In this document: positions 37,938-48,677 of the stretch, one piece after another | How the letters are laid out: every line of letters starts with the position of its first letter | Position numbering within the stretch: position 1 is the first letter of the stretch | Source: an uncultured virus (IMG/VR IMGVR_UViG_3300028194_000749) | Taxonomy: Duplodnaviria; Heunggongvirae; Uroviricota; Caudoviricetes | Virus record (IMG/VR): IMGVR_UViG_3300028194_000749 | Direction: 5' to 3' (one strand) | DNA length: 64,000 nt | Made by a program: the position numbers and the translations under genes | The notes under the pieces: generated by a model | The model's database searches: none | Seen by the model: only the letters and a program-made list of their open reading frames with translations | Told to the model about the DNA's origin: nothing

Positions 37938-40900
37938 TTATGCCAGAAGATGAAGAAACCGCAGAAGAATTAGGACTGGGTGATGCAGTAGACCTTGAGA
38001 TTGAAGTCACAACCACCCCCGTCACCAGCACATCCACCTCAATTAAACTTTCAGGAACTACTGCTGATGATTTGAAGGCTCTTTTGGGTCTTGAAGGATA
38101 TGAAACTCTATTGTCCGTGGCTAAGAGTCAAAACAAATCCTTAGATGAGTTCGTTAAGACCACAGTTATTCCCAAGAAACTTGGGGCTATTGAAGTATTC
38201 TCTGGAAAGAATCGTGGACCACATAATATGGTGGTCGTGGATGCCGCAGGTGAAGCCATTGATTTAGATGGAATCGGACTTGAAGATGCTGGTCGAGGAT
38301 ACCAAGGTTATTCCGTTGGTTCACTTTACGACCAAACCGTTGAAGGTTATGGTTGGATGCCTCCTAATTTGGGTAGTTCTTTAGCAAAAGTTTTCGGACC
38401 GATTCTGAAACTTGGAGATTTGGACGCTTTGGAAAAGGCTCACGAGAAAATGCTGGGTAAAGTTCGCAACTCTATGACCTCTCTGGGAGAAGTTTTCGGG
38501 TTTGATAACTATGAGCATCTGGAAATGTTCTTTGCGGCTTGGTTGATGAAAGACAGCACTTGCCGATTGTCTGGTATTCCCGGCACAGGTAAGACCACAG
38601 TTATTGAGTCTGCCGCTATATTACTATGTAACTCTTATGGATATGGAGCCAAGTCACGATATGTTACGGCTACTAACCGAACCTACACTATGGCAGAAAT
38701 GTTCGGCGAAGACCGTGCTTATACTCCTCAAGAATACCTTCAAGGTCAAGACTACCATCTTACCTACTCTAATGTAGATTACGAAGAAGTGTCTAACGAT
38801 TGGGATGAGTGGCGATTTACAGGTTGGGAAGCCCCAACAGGTCGTAATCGTTCTGGTGCTTACAACTATGGATTTGAGTTCCTTCATCAACAAGGATTCA
38901 AAGATGGTGTATTGTTTAACAAGAAACCGTTGAAGAATGAAGATTTGTATCAACTCCTCAACAACTGTTGGGTTGCTCAAGTTCCCAGCCGAGGATTTGC
39001 TGACCCATCAGCAGGCAAACTTGAAGGCCGTGAATTATTGGCTATGTTTGAACCAGAACAACTTCGGACAGTAGTATCACCAATTAAACTTATGGATGAT
39101 TCAGGAAAAATCTTGGTAAAGGATAAAATGACTCCACCAACTTACACTGTTACTGACCTCAAAGGAGAAACTCATAACTTTCAAATGAGTTTGCGATTCC
39201 CAGATGTAGGACTTAACAAAGACGATGGTTTGAATTATAATTGGATTCTTACTCAAGGAGAGGCTGCCGAGTTTAAGCAATCTGGTTACGGACTTTTTAC
39301 TGATACAGGACGCTCCGAAGGATATGGATTCCGCAACTATTTACAAACTTACTTTTATGACGCTCGTGTGCGAGATGGAGTTATCAAAGGACGCTGGAAG
39401 CCACTTCTTGAAGAAATGCTTCGTGAGAACGGTGTAGCCAAGATTGACTATGAAAAGCGTGCTGACGAAGTTTTGTATGGTATTGAGATTCAACAAAGCA
39501 CTAAGGTAGACCCAACTCGTGGCTCCACAGTTTCAACTTACGAGTTTGAGCCAGTGCCAAGACCAATTGTTACTCAACCAATTAAGTTCTTTAACGAAGC
39601 CAACCGTTCACAGGCTGGTGTAGAAGATGCAGTGCTTGGTTTGATTGCAGAGCGCAAGGTAGAATACCGAGGTAAAACTTTTAACTCACCTAATTTCGTG
39701 GCTTGGATGGATACTAACCCTCACCAAAAAGGAAACGACCTTGCATTCATTGACCGTATCGACATGGAATTGTTGTTCAAAACAGTGAGTCTTGGTGCCA
39801 GATACACACAATTGAGTGGACGATTCGGTGGTGGAGGACTTTCACCTCAAGACCAATTAGTTAAGAAACTTTCAGAAGGTGGAAACCTTGGTTTTGAGCC
39901 AATGCGATTTAACGAACTTGCTAAAGTTTGGAACTTTGTTCTTAAGGAAATTGGTTATGCACCTCCGGGACAAACACCGGGAAGTTCCACCTACGACGCA
40001 CTCCGAGAAATCTCTTACATCTCGGTTCTCTTTACACAAAGATTTATGCCTCGTAATAACGATTTGAAATCAGGTCGTGATACCTTTACTACTAAAGTTT
40101 CCCAAAACTTCTTTGAGTCGCCGCTTATGGATTTCTCCACTACTACCAACACTAATGAAGATGGAATGTCCCAAATTAAGATTGCTCAAGACAAGAAGCA
40201 AACTTATGAGCAGCATACACCGTTCAACATTGACCGTGTTCTTGGATTCCGTTTCACTAATTCTTTGGTAAAACTTTCGTCGGCTCTGGCTTTCCTTCGT
40301 GGCAAGTCATATGTAGGTCGTAAGGAAATCCTTGATGGGCTACCTTATGTTACGGCTCACCGTTTGGGTCGTGCTAAATCATCTAAGGGAGAAATCTCTG
40401 GTATGGATGGCACTAAGTTAAATTACAACAATGAACAAGAATGGATTCGTGAAGCCATTGTTAATGGTTACTTGTTGAATGATATTAGCATTGGATATGC
40501 TGATGGTAAAGGTATGCCTATGATGGATACTTGGGAATTGTATTATCGACGCTGTGTTGATGCTCTCAAGAGCGCACCAGCATTATTCTGGTATGAAAAC
40601 CAAGTTCTTAAGCCGTTGCACACAGCACTTAGTAATGCCGCCGCAGGCGCAGCATTTACTCCAATTCACTGGCATATTGCTACGATGGTGGTTGAAAACG
40701 AGCGAACTGCTACTGCTGATTCTGCTACTAAACCTTACCGTATTTATGAACATGGAGATAGTAAGCAAAACAACTATCAAAGTAACAAAAACTATTACCT
40801 CGCTCGTATTACTGGCACACCTAATCCATCTAAGCCTAAGAGCGACCAAAACCTACATGATTTCTATCAACTTCGTGGTGAGATTTGTTCCGAACCTAAT

Positions 40901-41941
40901 TTGTTCTCGGACGACCGTGATGATTTGTTAGATTTGTTGGCTTCTAAGATGGCCGAGATTTGTGGTGGACCTGCTTTGAACACGGGAATAGGCAACAGCA
41001 GTAAAATTGCGATTGTTGCCAAAAACAACATGGCTTCTAAAGAGATGAAAAACATAGCGACCTCGGCATTCAATCACGACACGACCAAGTTTGCGTGGAG
41101 AACCTATCAAGATAGTATCGGTGCATGGGGTAGACTATTACAATCTGCTGGAACCAGTTCTTTACCAGTAGTGGGTTCTCAATTCACAGCCTCTCAAAAA
41201 GACAAGCCAGAAGCCGCCAGTTTCGCCGACCAAGCCCTAATGATTACTGGCCGTATGGAAGTTCGTGCACCAGCCAAGGGAAGTCTCAAGGGTCCAAGTT
41301 CCGCAGGAAGTCTACAACGCAACGACATGGTTTCACAAGTTAATAAACTTGCTTCCAAGTTTGCCTCAGACACCAGTGAAGGAGTTCTTATCGTATCTCC
41401 AAAAGATGGCAGGACTCAAAACATAACTTATGATAGTTTCATGCGGTTGTGTGCTGATGCTATCACCGAATATCCTGCTCGTGAAGATTTTACTGATACT
41501 GATTTTGTAGTCGGAGGAACTACTTTTGACATGGCAGATGGTTTGATGGCTTGTTTCCCACTTAAGCATAGTGCTGGTGCTCCAATTGGCTCATCTGATT
41601 TCACTGGAGAAGACAGCCTTCGTTTGTGGGTTCGATTATTCCAATCCGATAAGTCCAAGAAAGAAGCCATGACCGCCGCCACAGGCAGTGTGCCATTCGT
41701 TACTCTGAACCTAACTATGGGAATTACTTCTAACAGTGCTACCAAAGACCGTTATCTTAACATTGTTCCATTAAATGATGAGGATACTATGGCTTACCAA
41801 GCCGAAAGTTATACCAAAAACTTTGGAGTCGGTAGTGCCGATAAAAAAGGTAAAATCCAAGACTCAGGTAATCTATCTAAAACAGATGTTTTGAATTATC
41901 AAGTTATGTTTAGTGAATCTATTAGCACGCAAACATCATAA
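37934..41941 (+). CDS. Giant MoxR-like AAA+ ATPase with large insertion between Walker A and B
   Basis: GIPGTGKT; FFNEANRS (cf. DEINR); MDTNP; AFIDRI; VTAHRL. Confidence 0.8.
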   Translation: MIMPEDEETAEELGLGDAVDLEIEVTTTPVTSTSTSIKLSGTTADDLKALLGLEGYETLLSVAKSQNKSLDEFVKTTVIPKKLGAIEVFSGKNRGPHNMVVVDAAGEAIDLDGIGLEDAGRGYQGYSVGSLYDQTVEGYGWMPPNLGSSLAKVFGPILKLGDLDALEKAHEKMLGKVRNSMTSLGEVFGFDNYEHLEMFFAAWLMKDSTCRLSGIPGTGKTTVIESAAILLCNSYGYGAKSRYVTATNRTYTMAEMFGEDRAYTPQEYLQGQDYHLTYSNVDYEEVSNDWDEWRFTGWEAPTGRNRSGAYNYGFEFLHQQGFKDGVLFNKKPLKNEDLYQLLNNCWVAQVPSRGFADPSAGKLEGRELLAMFEPEQLRTVVSPIKLMDDSGKILVKDKMTPPTYTVTDLKGETHNFQMSLRFPDVGLNKDDGLNYNWILTQGEAAEFKQSGYGLFTDTGRSEGYGFRNYLQTYFYDARVRDGVIKGRWKPLLEEMLRENGVAKIDYEKRADEVLYGIEIQQSTKVDPTRGSTVSTYEFEPVPRPIVTQPIKFFNEANRSQAGVEDAVLGLIAERKVEYRGKTFNSPNFVAWMDTNPHQKGNDLAFIDRIDMELLFKTVSLGARYTQLSGRFGGGGLSPQDQLVKKLSEGGNLGFEPMRFNELAKVWNFVLKEIGYAPPGQTPGSSTYDALREISYISVLFTQRFMPRNNDLKSGRDTFTTKVSQNFFESPLMDFSTTTNTNEDGMSQIKIAQDKKQTYEQHTPFNIDRVLGFRFTNSLVKLSSALAFLRGKSYVGRKEILDGLPYVTAHRLGRAKSSKGEISGMDGTKLNYNNEQEWIREAIVNGYLLNDISIGYADGKGMPMMDTWELYYRRCVDALKSAPALFWYENQVLKPLHTALSNAAAGAAFTPIHWHIATMVVENERTATADSATKPYRIYEHGDSKQNNYQSNKNYYLARITGTPNPSKPKSDQNLHDFYQLRGEICSEPNLFSDDRDDLLDLLASKMAEICGGPALNTGIGNSSKIAIVAKNNMASKEMKNIATSAFNHDTTKFAWRTYQDSIGAWGRLLQSAGTSSLPVVGSQFTASQKDKPEAASFADQALMITGRMEVRAPAKGSLKGPSSAGSLQRNDMVSQVNKLASKFASDTSEGVLIVSPKDGRTQNITYDSFMRLCADAITEYPAREDFTDTDFVVGGTTFDMADGLMACFPLKHSAGAPIGSSDFTGEDSLRLWVRLFQSDKSKKEAMTAATGSVPFVTLNLTMGITSNSATKDRYLNIVPLNDEDTMAYQAESYTKNFGVGSADKKGKIQDSGNLSKTDVLNYQVMFSESISTQTS

Positions 41942-41977
41942 GATGAAACTTTAAGTAGTAGAAGCCCCTACAACTAA

Positions 41978-43351
41978 GTGAGCATCATGGTGAAAGTAGC
42001 AGAATCAGATACCCCACCAGAAGGTTATTACGAAAAATCAGGTGATTTTGATTTGGCTCCTGAATTGGGAGCGATTGCTAATAAACTTCGAGGTATCAAT
42101 GGAATTAGTAACAAATTAGTTATTGTGCCATCTGCTATTCACGAAGCCTACACTAACATGGAATATATTTCTTTGTCGGGCGACTACATGGCTATGGCTA
42201 TGATTGCTAATTATCATGGTTATCCAGCCGAGAGATTAGCCGAAGATGTAGAGTTTGTAATCCAACACGAAATAGGACACCTAAATGTTCACCCGGGCCA
42301 AGGCACAGGTTGGAAAAAGGAAATTGCTACTATGCCTGTTGAGGGTCGTAAGAAAGGATTGTGGTCGAATATCTTATCTGACATTGAAGTAAATTACAAT
42401 ATCGCTCATGGCACACAACTAATCGTCGGAGGTTCAGATAAAGAAGCAGCAGTTCAACGCATGAATACCGCAGTTTGGGCAGCCTACGGCGGAGGTTATC
42501 GTAATTGTTTAGACGGAAATGGTGATTTAGGAGGTCAATATGCTCACAAAGAACTTTTAGAAGCAGGCAAGTTAGTGGATAATCGTCACAACAAAGGAGT
42601 TTATGAACCTCATGCCCCGGGAAACCCCTATTTACCAGACTCAGATGAAACTCCATTTTGGCAGACTTTACAAGGCCATGGTCGTGGACCACAACTTTAT
42701 CCAAGTATCTCACATTGTTTGAGTCATAAAATGCCTGTTGGCACAGATATGGGTCCCGGTCAAGGACTATCTCGCACCTCACAGGATTATCCTTCTAATT
42801 GGAAGCAAGTTAAAGTCACCGCCAATGTCCGAATTGAATATGATTCTGCCGAAGACCAATACTTTGGTTATAATCAAACTCCCGGTGTGTCCCCAATTTC
42901 TGGCAGCAGCACAGTGAATCAAGGTCCGATTAGTTCAGGACAATACACTGTTTTGGCTTGTCGCACCTATGATGGTATCGAAAATCCTAAAGATGTTCGC
43001 CCAATTCAGTATCTACAATTAGATGTTGATGGTAGTCCTCGCTGGATTCCTGCTCATTACTGTATGAGTCTTTGCCCGCACTGTGGCCAATCCGCAGCCA
43101 GCCAATTTGAAATCGGCATGGCTTTCCGCCCCGGTTTAGCCGAGGCACTCCAAAGATACGGAGATTTAGACCCCCAGACACTTACTCAAATTGAGAAAAG
43201 CCGATTGTTTAGTATTCTTTTGAATTATCTTTTGGCAGGACTTTACGCCAATTCGTCCGAAGGATTTGGTGGAATCACTGGCGCAGAAGCAGGTAAGTTA
43301 TTCTTACACCAAGTTGCTTATGACCGCCATTTGTGTATGATAGGACAGTGA
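41978..43351 (+). CDS. HEXXH zinc metallopeptidase-like protein (vWA-associated type)
   Basis: FVIQHEIGHL followed by NILSDIEVN; CPHC near C-term; promoter at 41950. Confidence 0.7.
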   Translation: MSIMVKVAESDTPPEGYYEKSGDFDLAPELGAIANKLRGINGISNKLVIVPSAIHEAYTNMEYISLSGDYMAMAMIANYHGYPAERLAEDVEFVIQHEIGHLNVHPGQGTGWKKEIATMPVEGRKKGLWSNILSDIEVNYNIAHGTQLIVGGSDKEAAVQRMNTAVWAAYGGGYRNCLDGNGDLGGQYAHKELLEAGKLVDNRHNKGVYEPHAPGNPYLPDSDETPFWQTLQGHGRGPQLYPSISHCLSHKMPVGTDMGPGQGLSRTSQDYPSNWKQVKVTANVRIEYDSAEDQYFGYNQTPGVSPISGSSTVNQGPISSGQYTVLACRTYDGIENPKDVRPIQYLQLDVDGSPRWIPAHYCMSLCPHCGQSAASQFEIGMAFRPGLAEALQRYGDLDPQTLTQIEKSRLFSILLNYLLAGLYANSSEGFGGITGAEAGKLFLHQVAYDRHLCMIGQ

Positions 43352-43355
43352 TATT

Positions 43356-46118
43356 ATGGGATACGACAGCAACACCTACATTAGTCCTAAAGGACGAGAC
43401 TACACTAACCATATTTTTGATTTACTTTTCAAGAATGATGGTGCGGTCATGGATATTAGTTCTGTGGAGGCCGTAGTGTCCCACTTTCGAGGACCAGATG
43501 GCATCAATCTACACAATACCACACAAATAATGAAAAAGTTTATCAAAGGTTACGAATCTGCTCAATATCAACAAGGCTACAACTCTGGCATTCATGTTTG
43601 TCCTTATTGCGACCGCCGAGATTATATGTGGACTTGGGAGTATGTTGATTTTGGTCTGCGTAATGACAATGGAGAATGGACCAGCAGTATTAAGCCTCAA
43701 TATCAGGAATGGGAGTTGGGTGCTAACATGATGGACACAGGGTATCGTTTTGATTGTCGAGTTCGATGTAATACAGTTACTACTTGTAATGATTGTCATA
43801 TAACGGTTACTGGTGGTTATAGTAATTGTCGTGATTGTTCTTCTTCAAATGTAGTTAAGGTTGGTTGTGGCAAAGAATCTTATACACTTCACTTTGTTAA
43901 ACCAATTCAGGCTTCGGAATGGCTAATGACTACTGATATGAAAGTCAATTCTCAAACTACAAAAGGTATCAGTATAATGAGTGGTGGCACCACAGCCGAT
44001 ACTAAAAATACTAATCCCTTCTTTTATCGTGTTGCCAATCCGGGTCCTGCGCCAAATGGATTAGTAGTTAATGACCCTGAAGTGGCATTTCAATATATCC
44101 CACATTTAGAAGTCGGTTACGAAACTTATGACAAAGAACATCGTAGACCCTATGGTTATTGTTGCCCCAATATAGAGTGCAATTATGAGCGATATGCCCC
44201 AGTTGGTGGTGCAGAATATGAAGTTCCAATGGCGCAGCCAGATGATTATAATCAAAACAAAATGAAAGTTCCCGATAAGAATCTATCTACGGGTCCTGCA
44301 CCCACACTTAATCAGGATGGTCGAGATGCTCAAGGTGGTTTAGTAGATAACATGGGCAATTGTCCTAATCCAGAATGTGAAGGTGCAAAATTAGTGCCAC
44401 GAACTCAAAATAAAGAAATACTTCCTAAGATTGTGTATAAGACTGGCGATACTGTTTTAGGTTGGCGAACTTCCAGCCACAGAGGAAGAGTAAGTAGTCT
44501 TGGACCAGTCCAAGAAGAAGGATTAGCCATACTACAAGAGTATTCTAATTGGCAAATCAACCGTTGGAAGAATGCTAAACCAGATTCATATCCATTTAGT
44601 CCTATGGTAAGAGCCTTTACTCGCACCGCAAAAGAAGTCTGCAAAAAATGTTATCCTTCTTGGGGTAATACTCGTGATTATTTTTGGTCGGCTACGGACG
44701 GTCTTCAATTAGAATGTCGTTTTTGTCATGCTTGGGCACCAGAGCAAAGAATGATGGACCCCGAAAGAGGTCTTAATCCAGCCATGGCATTTAGAATCGT
44801 GAGTCCACAACCGCTAAGATACGGTATGGATACTGCCGCAGGATTACAAGTTGGCACTAATCCGGAGTCCAAAGCAGGAACCGTTTGGATGCTTCGTTTG
44901 GAATGTCCTCAAAATCAAGAGTATGGATTACTACAAAACTTTTTACAACTTTGGAGTTTGAACGAGATACCTGAAACACCTACTTCTCCGCCAATGACTG
45001 GGCAGGGGATTCAGATTTGTCCAAATGATAAAGCCGCCCCAGTTTCAGAAGAGGTTCGTGAAAAGTTATTGGAAGATAAGGCAAAAACCGCTTCCTCATC
45101 TGAATCTGAGGTTCGACTACCATCTATTCTCACTAATCTTGATGGACTCTCACCCGATGGAAGTGAAACTTTAGAGCAGTATTGGCGTAACTGTCAGAAA
45201 AACGGTGATGCTCCATCAGAGGTCGGTGTTAAATCAGCCATAGAAATTATCAAACCAGATGCTACTTCTGATACTCAGATGATTACTTCTTCCCGCTTAA
45301 TGAGATACCGCCCCTTAGATGAAATAGACAATCCTTTCGGTAGAGTTTGGCAAGTAGAAGTTCCAACTTCAGCAGTGGTTATGCCTCTGGGTGATGATAG
45401 CATACTTGGTGTCACCTCCGCAGGATATACCTTTGTAGTTTGTGAAGGCCGAAGTAAAGAAGCCTACCGAGACAGGCGAACTAATCAGTGGGTAGATGCC
45501 AGTGGTCCGTGTATTAGTTATCACGACCGGGAGAATCCATCCCAACCTTTGAGTCGTCAAATTACCTATCCACGCTGGACACAAGCCCCAGAATCACACA
45601 TCAATTCAGATGGAACTATTGCTACGGAACCGGGTTCTTATTATTGGAATCACACCGACCATTTCGCACAAGATTTTATCATGGTTAATGATTATCTATC
45701 AATTTACATGAGAAACACCGAAGGACAACAAACTCTAATGAGTCGGTATCACGATTTCTACGAGGTTAGTGAGCCACTTCTCAATCCTGCCGATGGAACT
45801 TATGTTCGTATCTTTGAATGTAAAACTTGTAAGCGTATGTATGATATAGGAGTTGAACTTCAAGCCAAAGGCATTTACGCCCCAAGTCTTCCACCTTTGA
45901 TGTATTATCAAGAAAAATACCGAGCCAATGAGGATGGAGAAACCACTAATGAAGAATCCTTCCCTCAAGCCTGCTTGGATGCAGAAATGGCAGGCTATCC
46001 AGAAATCACAGATTTCGGAGTAGAGGATGCAGTTATGGACTCACTAAATCGTGGCGGCGGAAAAACTGCTAAAGAAATGCTGTCAGAAAAGAAATTGATT
46101 GTATCTGGAGATGATTAA
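43356..46118 (+). CDS. Large multi-Zn-ribbon protein
   Basis: CPYC, CNDC, CRDC, CPNIEC, CPNPEC, CKKC, CRFC, CKTC. Confidence 0.7.
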   Translation: MGYDSNTYISPKGRDYTNHIFDLLFKNDGAVMDISSVEAVVSHFRGPDGINLHNTTQIMKKFIKGYESAQYQQGYNSGIHVCPYCDRRDYMWTWEYVDFGLRNDNGEWTSSIKPQYQEWELGANMMDTGYRFDCRVRCNTVTTCNDCHITVTGGYSNCRDCSSSNVVKVGCGKESYTLHFVKPIQASEWLMTTDMKVNSQTTKGISIMSGGTTADTKNTNPFFYRVANPGPAPNGLVVNDPEVAFQYIPHLEVGYETYDKEHRRPYGYCCPNIECNYERYAPVGGAEYEVPMAQPDDYNQNKMKVPDKNLSTGPAPTLNQDGRDAQGGLVDNMGNCPNPECEGAKLVPRTQNKEILPKIVYKTGDTVLGWRTSSHRGRVSSLGPVQEEGLAILQEYSNWQINRWKNAKPDSYPFSPMVRAFTRTAKEVCKKCYPSWGNTRDYFWSATDGLQLECRFCHAWAPEQRMMDPERGLNPAMAFRIVSPQPLRYGMDTAAGLQVGTNPESKAGTVWMLRLECPQNQEYGLLQNFLQLWSLNEIPETPTSPPMTGQGIQICPNDKAAPVSEEVREKLLEDKAKTASSSESEVRLPSILTNLDGLSPDGSETLEQYWRNCQKNGDAPSEVGVKSAIEIIKPDATSDTQMITSSRLMRYRPLDEIDNPFGRVWQVEVPTSAVVMPLGDDSILGVTSAGYTFVVCEGRSKEAYRDRRTNQWVDASGPCISYHDRENPSQPLSRQITYPRWTQAPESHINSDGTIATEPGSYYWNHTDHFAQDFIMVNDYLSIYMRNTEGQQTLMSRYHDFYEVSEPLLNPADGTYVRIFECKTCKRMYDIGVELQAKGIYAPSLPPLMYYQEKYRANEDGETTNEESFPQACLDAEMAGYPEITDFGVEDAVMDSLNRGGGKTAKEMLSEKKLIVSGDD

Positions 46119-46119
46119 G

Positions 46120-46212
46120 ATGAAGTGTATAAAACCATTAGTTCACAACCCACAATTTGAAGGAAAACACCATTGTCGGCATTGTGCCAGAGAACAGGAG
46201 GAATCTCAATGA
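46120..46212 (+). CDS. 30-aa Cys/His microprotein (not in ORF track)
   Basis: GGAG SD; MKCIKPLVH..HHCRHC; ATGA-coupled to vWA gene. Confidence 0.5.
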   Translation: MKCIKPLVHNPQFEGKHHCRHCAREQEESQ

Positions 46213-47405
46213 GTGATGTTCAATCCGAAAACTGGTCTGATAATCCTTTTACCTTTGGTAAGCAATTCACCCTTCCTGATGTGAAACCACAACCAGTCCC
46301 AATTAAAAACATTTTACGAGATTTTTTCGCCAAGTTAAAAGCCAAATACATTAAAATGCCTCCTGCAAAAATCAATCCCGTAGAACCTGTTTCTACTACG
46401 GCTTGGAGTCCCGAAATGGGAATGGGAGATACTTTGACAGACCGTTTCGCACCCAACCCTGCATTTATTGGCATTCCCTTAAAGAGAAAAGATGTGCCTT
46501 CCCAAACAGGGACAAAAGGTTGGAATACCCATTACAATATCATGGTAGACCAATCTGGTTCTATGCAGCAGGAGTCTACTAAATACGAAGGACAAAGCCT
46601 TGACAGAAGTTTAGTGTGTCGATTGGCTACCAGTTGTTTAGTTAAACAAGCCAGTTTCAATACCGATAGTTTCACAGTCTACACCTATAATGATATGGGC
46701 AAACCTTGTTTTCCAATTCCAGCAAAACCTTCTTATGATTATCAGGGTTGTATTGATTTCTTAACAGCAGAATCCGTTTCTAAAGTTTGGAGTATCACAG
46801 ACTCACAACACAGTTCTGTGCGGGGTGCATACAATTACAATGATGCCGCAGAAAACTTTTTGTTAAATGCTCTGGCAGCCATGGTGCCTGATGGAGAAAA
46901 CAATGAAACGCACGCTATGGAAGTAATGATTCGTGGTATGAAAGATAATGATATTCAAGGATGTATTACAGTGTTTATTACTGACGGTGATAATTTGGCA
47001 GGACCCTTGAAGGAAGGCAAGTATTCTGATGACACTGGCGGAATTACTTATGATGAGTGGATGCGACAGTTTGGCCATGTATTCTATATTGTTTTGAAAA
47101 ATCAAGGCCACCCGTCGATTGAAACTGACAAAAGAAAGGCTCGTGAAGCCCTAATGAAGATTTATAGTTGGGATGAAAGTTTAGCCGATAAGTTCGTCTG
47201 GGGATTCCCTGACGACAAAATGAAAGACCCCGCTACGGGTGAGTATTTAACAGATGTCGCCGACCAAATGGGTTGGCTCTTTGCAGAAATTGGTAAAATC
47301 TTTGCAGGAACTTCCGATGAGTTTGCGGAAATCGCCGAAGAATTAGGAGAAATTGTCAATCCAGATGGCTCCAAAGGTTCTTATGAGCGACCAGAGACCG
47401 ACTAA
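46209..47405 (+). CDS. von Willebrand factor A (MIDAS) domain protein
   Basis: IMVDQSGSM and VFITDG; GGAGG SD before ATG 46209. Confidence 0.85.
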   Translation: MSDVQSENWSDNPFTFGKQFTLPDVKPQPVPIKNILRDFFAKLKAKYIKMPPAKINPVEPVSTTAWSPEMGMGDTLTDRFAPNPAFIGIPLKRKDVPSQTGTKGWNTHYNIMVDQSGSMQQESTKYEGQSLDRSLVCRLATSCLVKQASFNTDSFTVYTYNDMGKPCFPIPAKPSYDYQGCIDFLTAESVSKVWSITDSQHSSVRGAYNYNDAAENFLLNALAAMVPDGENNETHAMEVMIRGMKDNDIQGCITVFITDGDNLAGPLKEGKYSDDTGGITYDEWMRQFGHVFYIVLKNQGHPSIETDKRKAREALMKIYSWDESLADKFVWGFPDDKMKDPATGEYLTDVADQMGWLFAEIGKIFAGTSDEFAEIAEELGEIVNPDGSKGSYERPETD

Positions 47406-47443
47406 TGCTAACCCTTAAGTAGCAGCAACATCTAATCTTAACC

Positions 47444-48646
47444 ATGTCAGATTTTATGGCGACTCAACCCAAAGAGGCATTTCCCACTCCGAGTGAGGTA
47501 TGTTTGGGTCAAAAACTTAGGTTTCCTGCCTATGGAGAAGATAGTTTAATTTCTAATGTGCTGTTTATTACTGGTAAGCGAGGTTCAGGAAAGTCTTGGA
47601 CCGCAGGTGTAATGATGGAAGAGTTTCATAGACTTGGATTACAATTTGTTTGTTTCGATGCTTTGAATGCTCATGGTGGCATAGATACATTATCCAGAGT
47701 AGAGTCACTCAAACCCGATGTGGGTCAATCCATTGATATGAAATCATTAGTAGACCGTTTGAAAACCACAGACAAAAGTTTAGTCATCAGTCTGGGTGGA
47801 TTACCTTTACTAAAACAACAAGAACTTATTGGAGATTATTGTGAAGCCTTGATTGAAGCCCGACTGGGCAAAGGTATTCACACTATTATTGAAGAATGTC
47901 AAGATTTCGTGCCACAAATGGGCCGACCTATTTCTTATGACCCTATCGTGCGACTCTGCAAACTTGGTCGTGCATTAGGATACGGTGCGTCTTTGGTTTC
48001 CCAACGACCCGCAGGTGTGAACAAAGAAGCACTTTCGCAAGCATCAGTTTATCTGGTTCACAATGTCATTAACAACCGAGACTTGAAAACTTTGGACGAA
48101 CAATTAAGTTTTGGAACAGACAAGCGATTGATTAAGAAAATCTTGAATGGTATTGCTTCGGCTCGCAAAGGAGAATGTGTCGCCTATGCCCCAGAGTTTT
48201 TCCGAGACCGAGGCTACCTTGTTATTGACAAAGTGCGTAGTGACCGACAAGCCAAGCACACTGGAAACAACATAGATGTTCAGAGTTCCATGATTTCTCA
48301 ATCCGAGTCCAGCGATTCTGTGGATGAACCCTTTGAAGCAGTTAGTTCTGCTTCCGAACTTTCACATTTTGCCCGCCAATCCTCACCAACGATGCCTTCA
48401 GCATCCCCGGCTTTTTCCACGCATCCCACAGGTTATTTATCTCAAGGTGGATTCCAAGATATGGCTATGACTGAAGACCATTGGGAGGCTTCAGAATTAG
48501 AACCCTCTTTAGAATATGATTCCGAAATGGAATTAGAAATAATTCCTGAAAATAAGAATACTATTTGGGTTCCTGTGGCTGCCGTAGGTGGTGTAGGATT
48601 AACTGCTGCTTTAATGATGGTAGTTATGAAAGGCTTTACTCGTTAA
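47444..48646 (+). CDS. HerA/FtsK-superfamily (DUF87-like) ATPase with C-terminal tail anchor
   Basis: GKRGSGKS, IIEECQ, GRALG, SQRP; C-term IWVPVAAVGGVGLTAALMMVVMK. Confidence 0.85.
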   Translation: MSDFMATQPKEAFPTPSEVCLGQKLRFPAYGEDSLISNVLFITGKRGSGKSWTAGVMMEEFHRLGLQFVCFDALNAHGGIDTLSRVESLKPDVGQSIDMKSLVDRLKTTDKSLVISLGGLPLLKQQELIGDYCEALIEARLGKGIHTIIEECQDFVPQMGRPISYDPIVRLCKLGRALGYGASLVSQRPAGVNKEALSQASVYLVHNVINNRDLKTLDEQLSFGTDKRLIKKILNGIASARKGECVAYAPEFFRDRGYLVIDKVRSDRQAKHTGNNIDVQSSMISQSESSDSVDEPFEAVSSASELSHFARQSSPTMPSASPAFSTHPTGYLSQGGFQDMAMTEDHWEASELEPSLEYDSEMELEIIPENKNTIWVPVAAVGGVGLTAALMMVVMKGFTR

Positions 48647-48677
48647 GTTAATAACACTGATGGTGCTTATTATACTC

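Noticed and set aside
38630..39420. Possible intein in the AAA+ ATPase
   Set aside because: No C-terminal HN/HQ plus C/S/T junction or LAGLIDADG blocks seen
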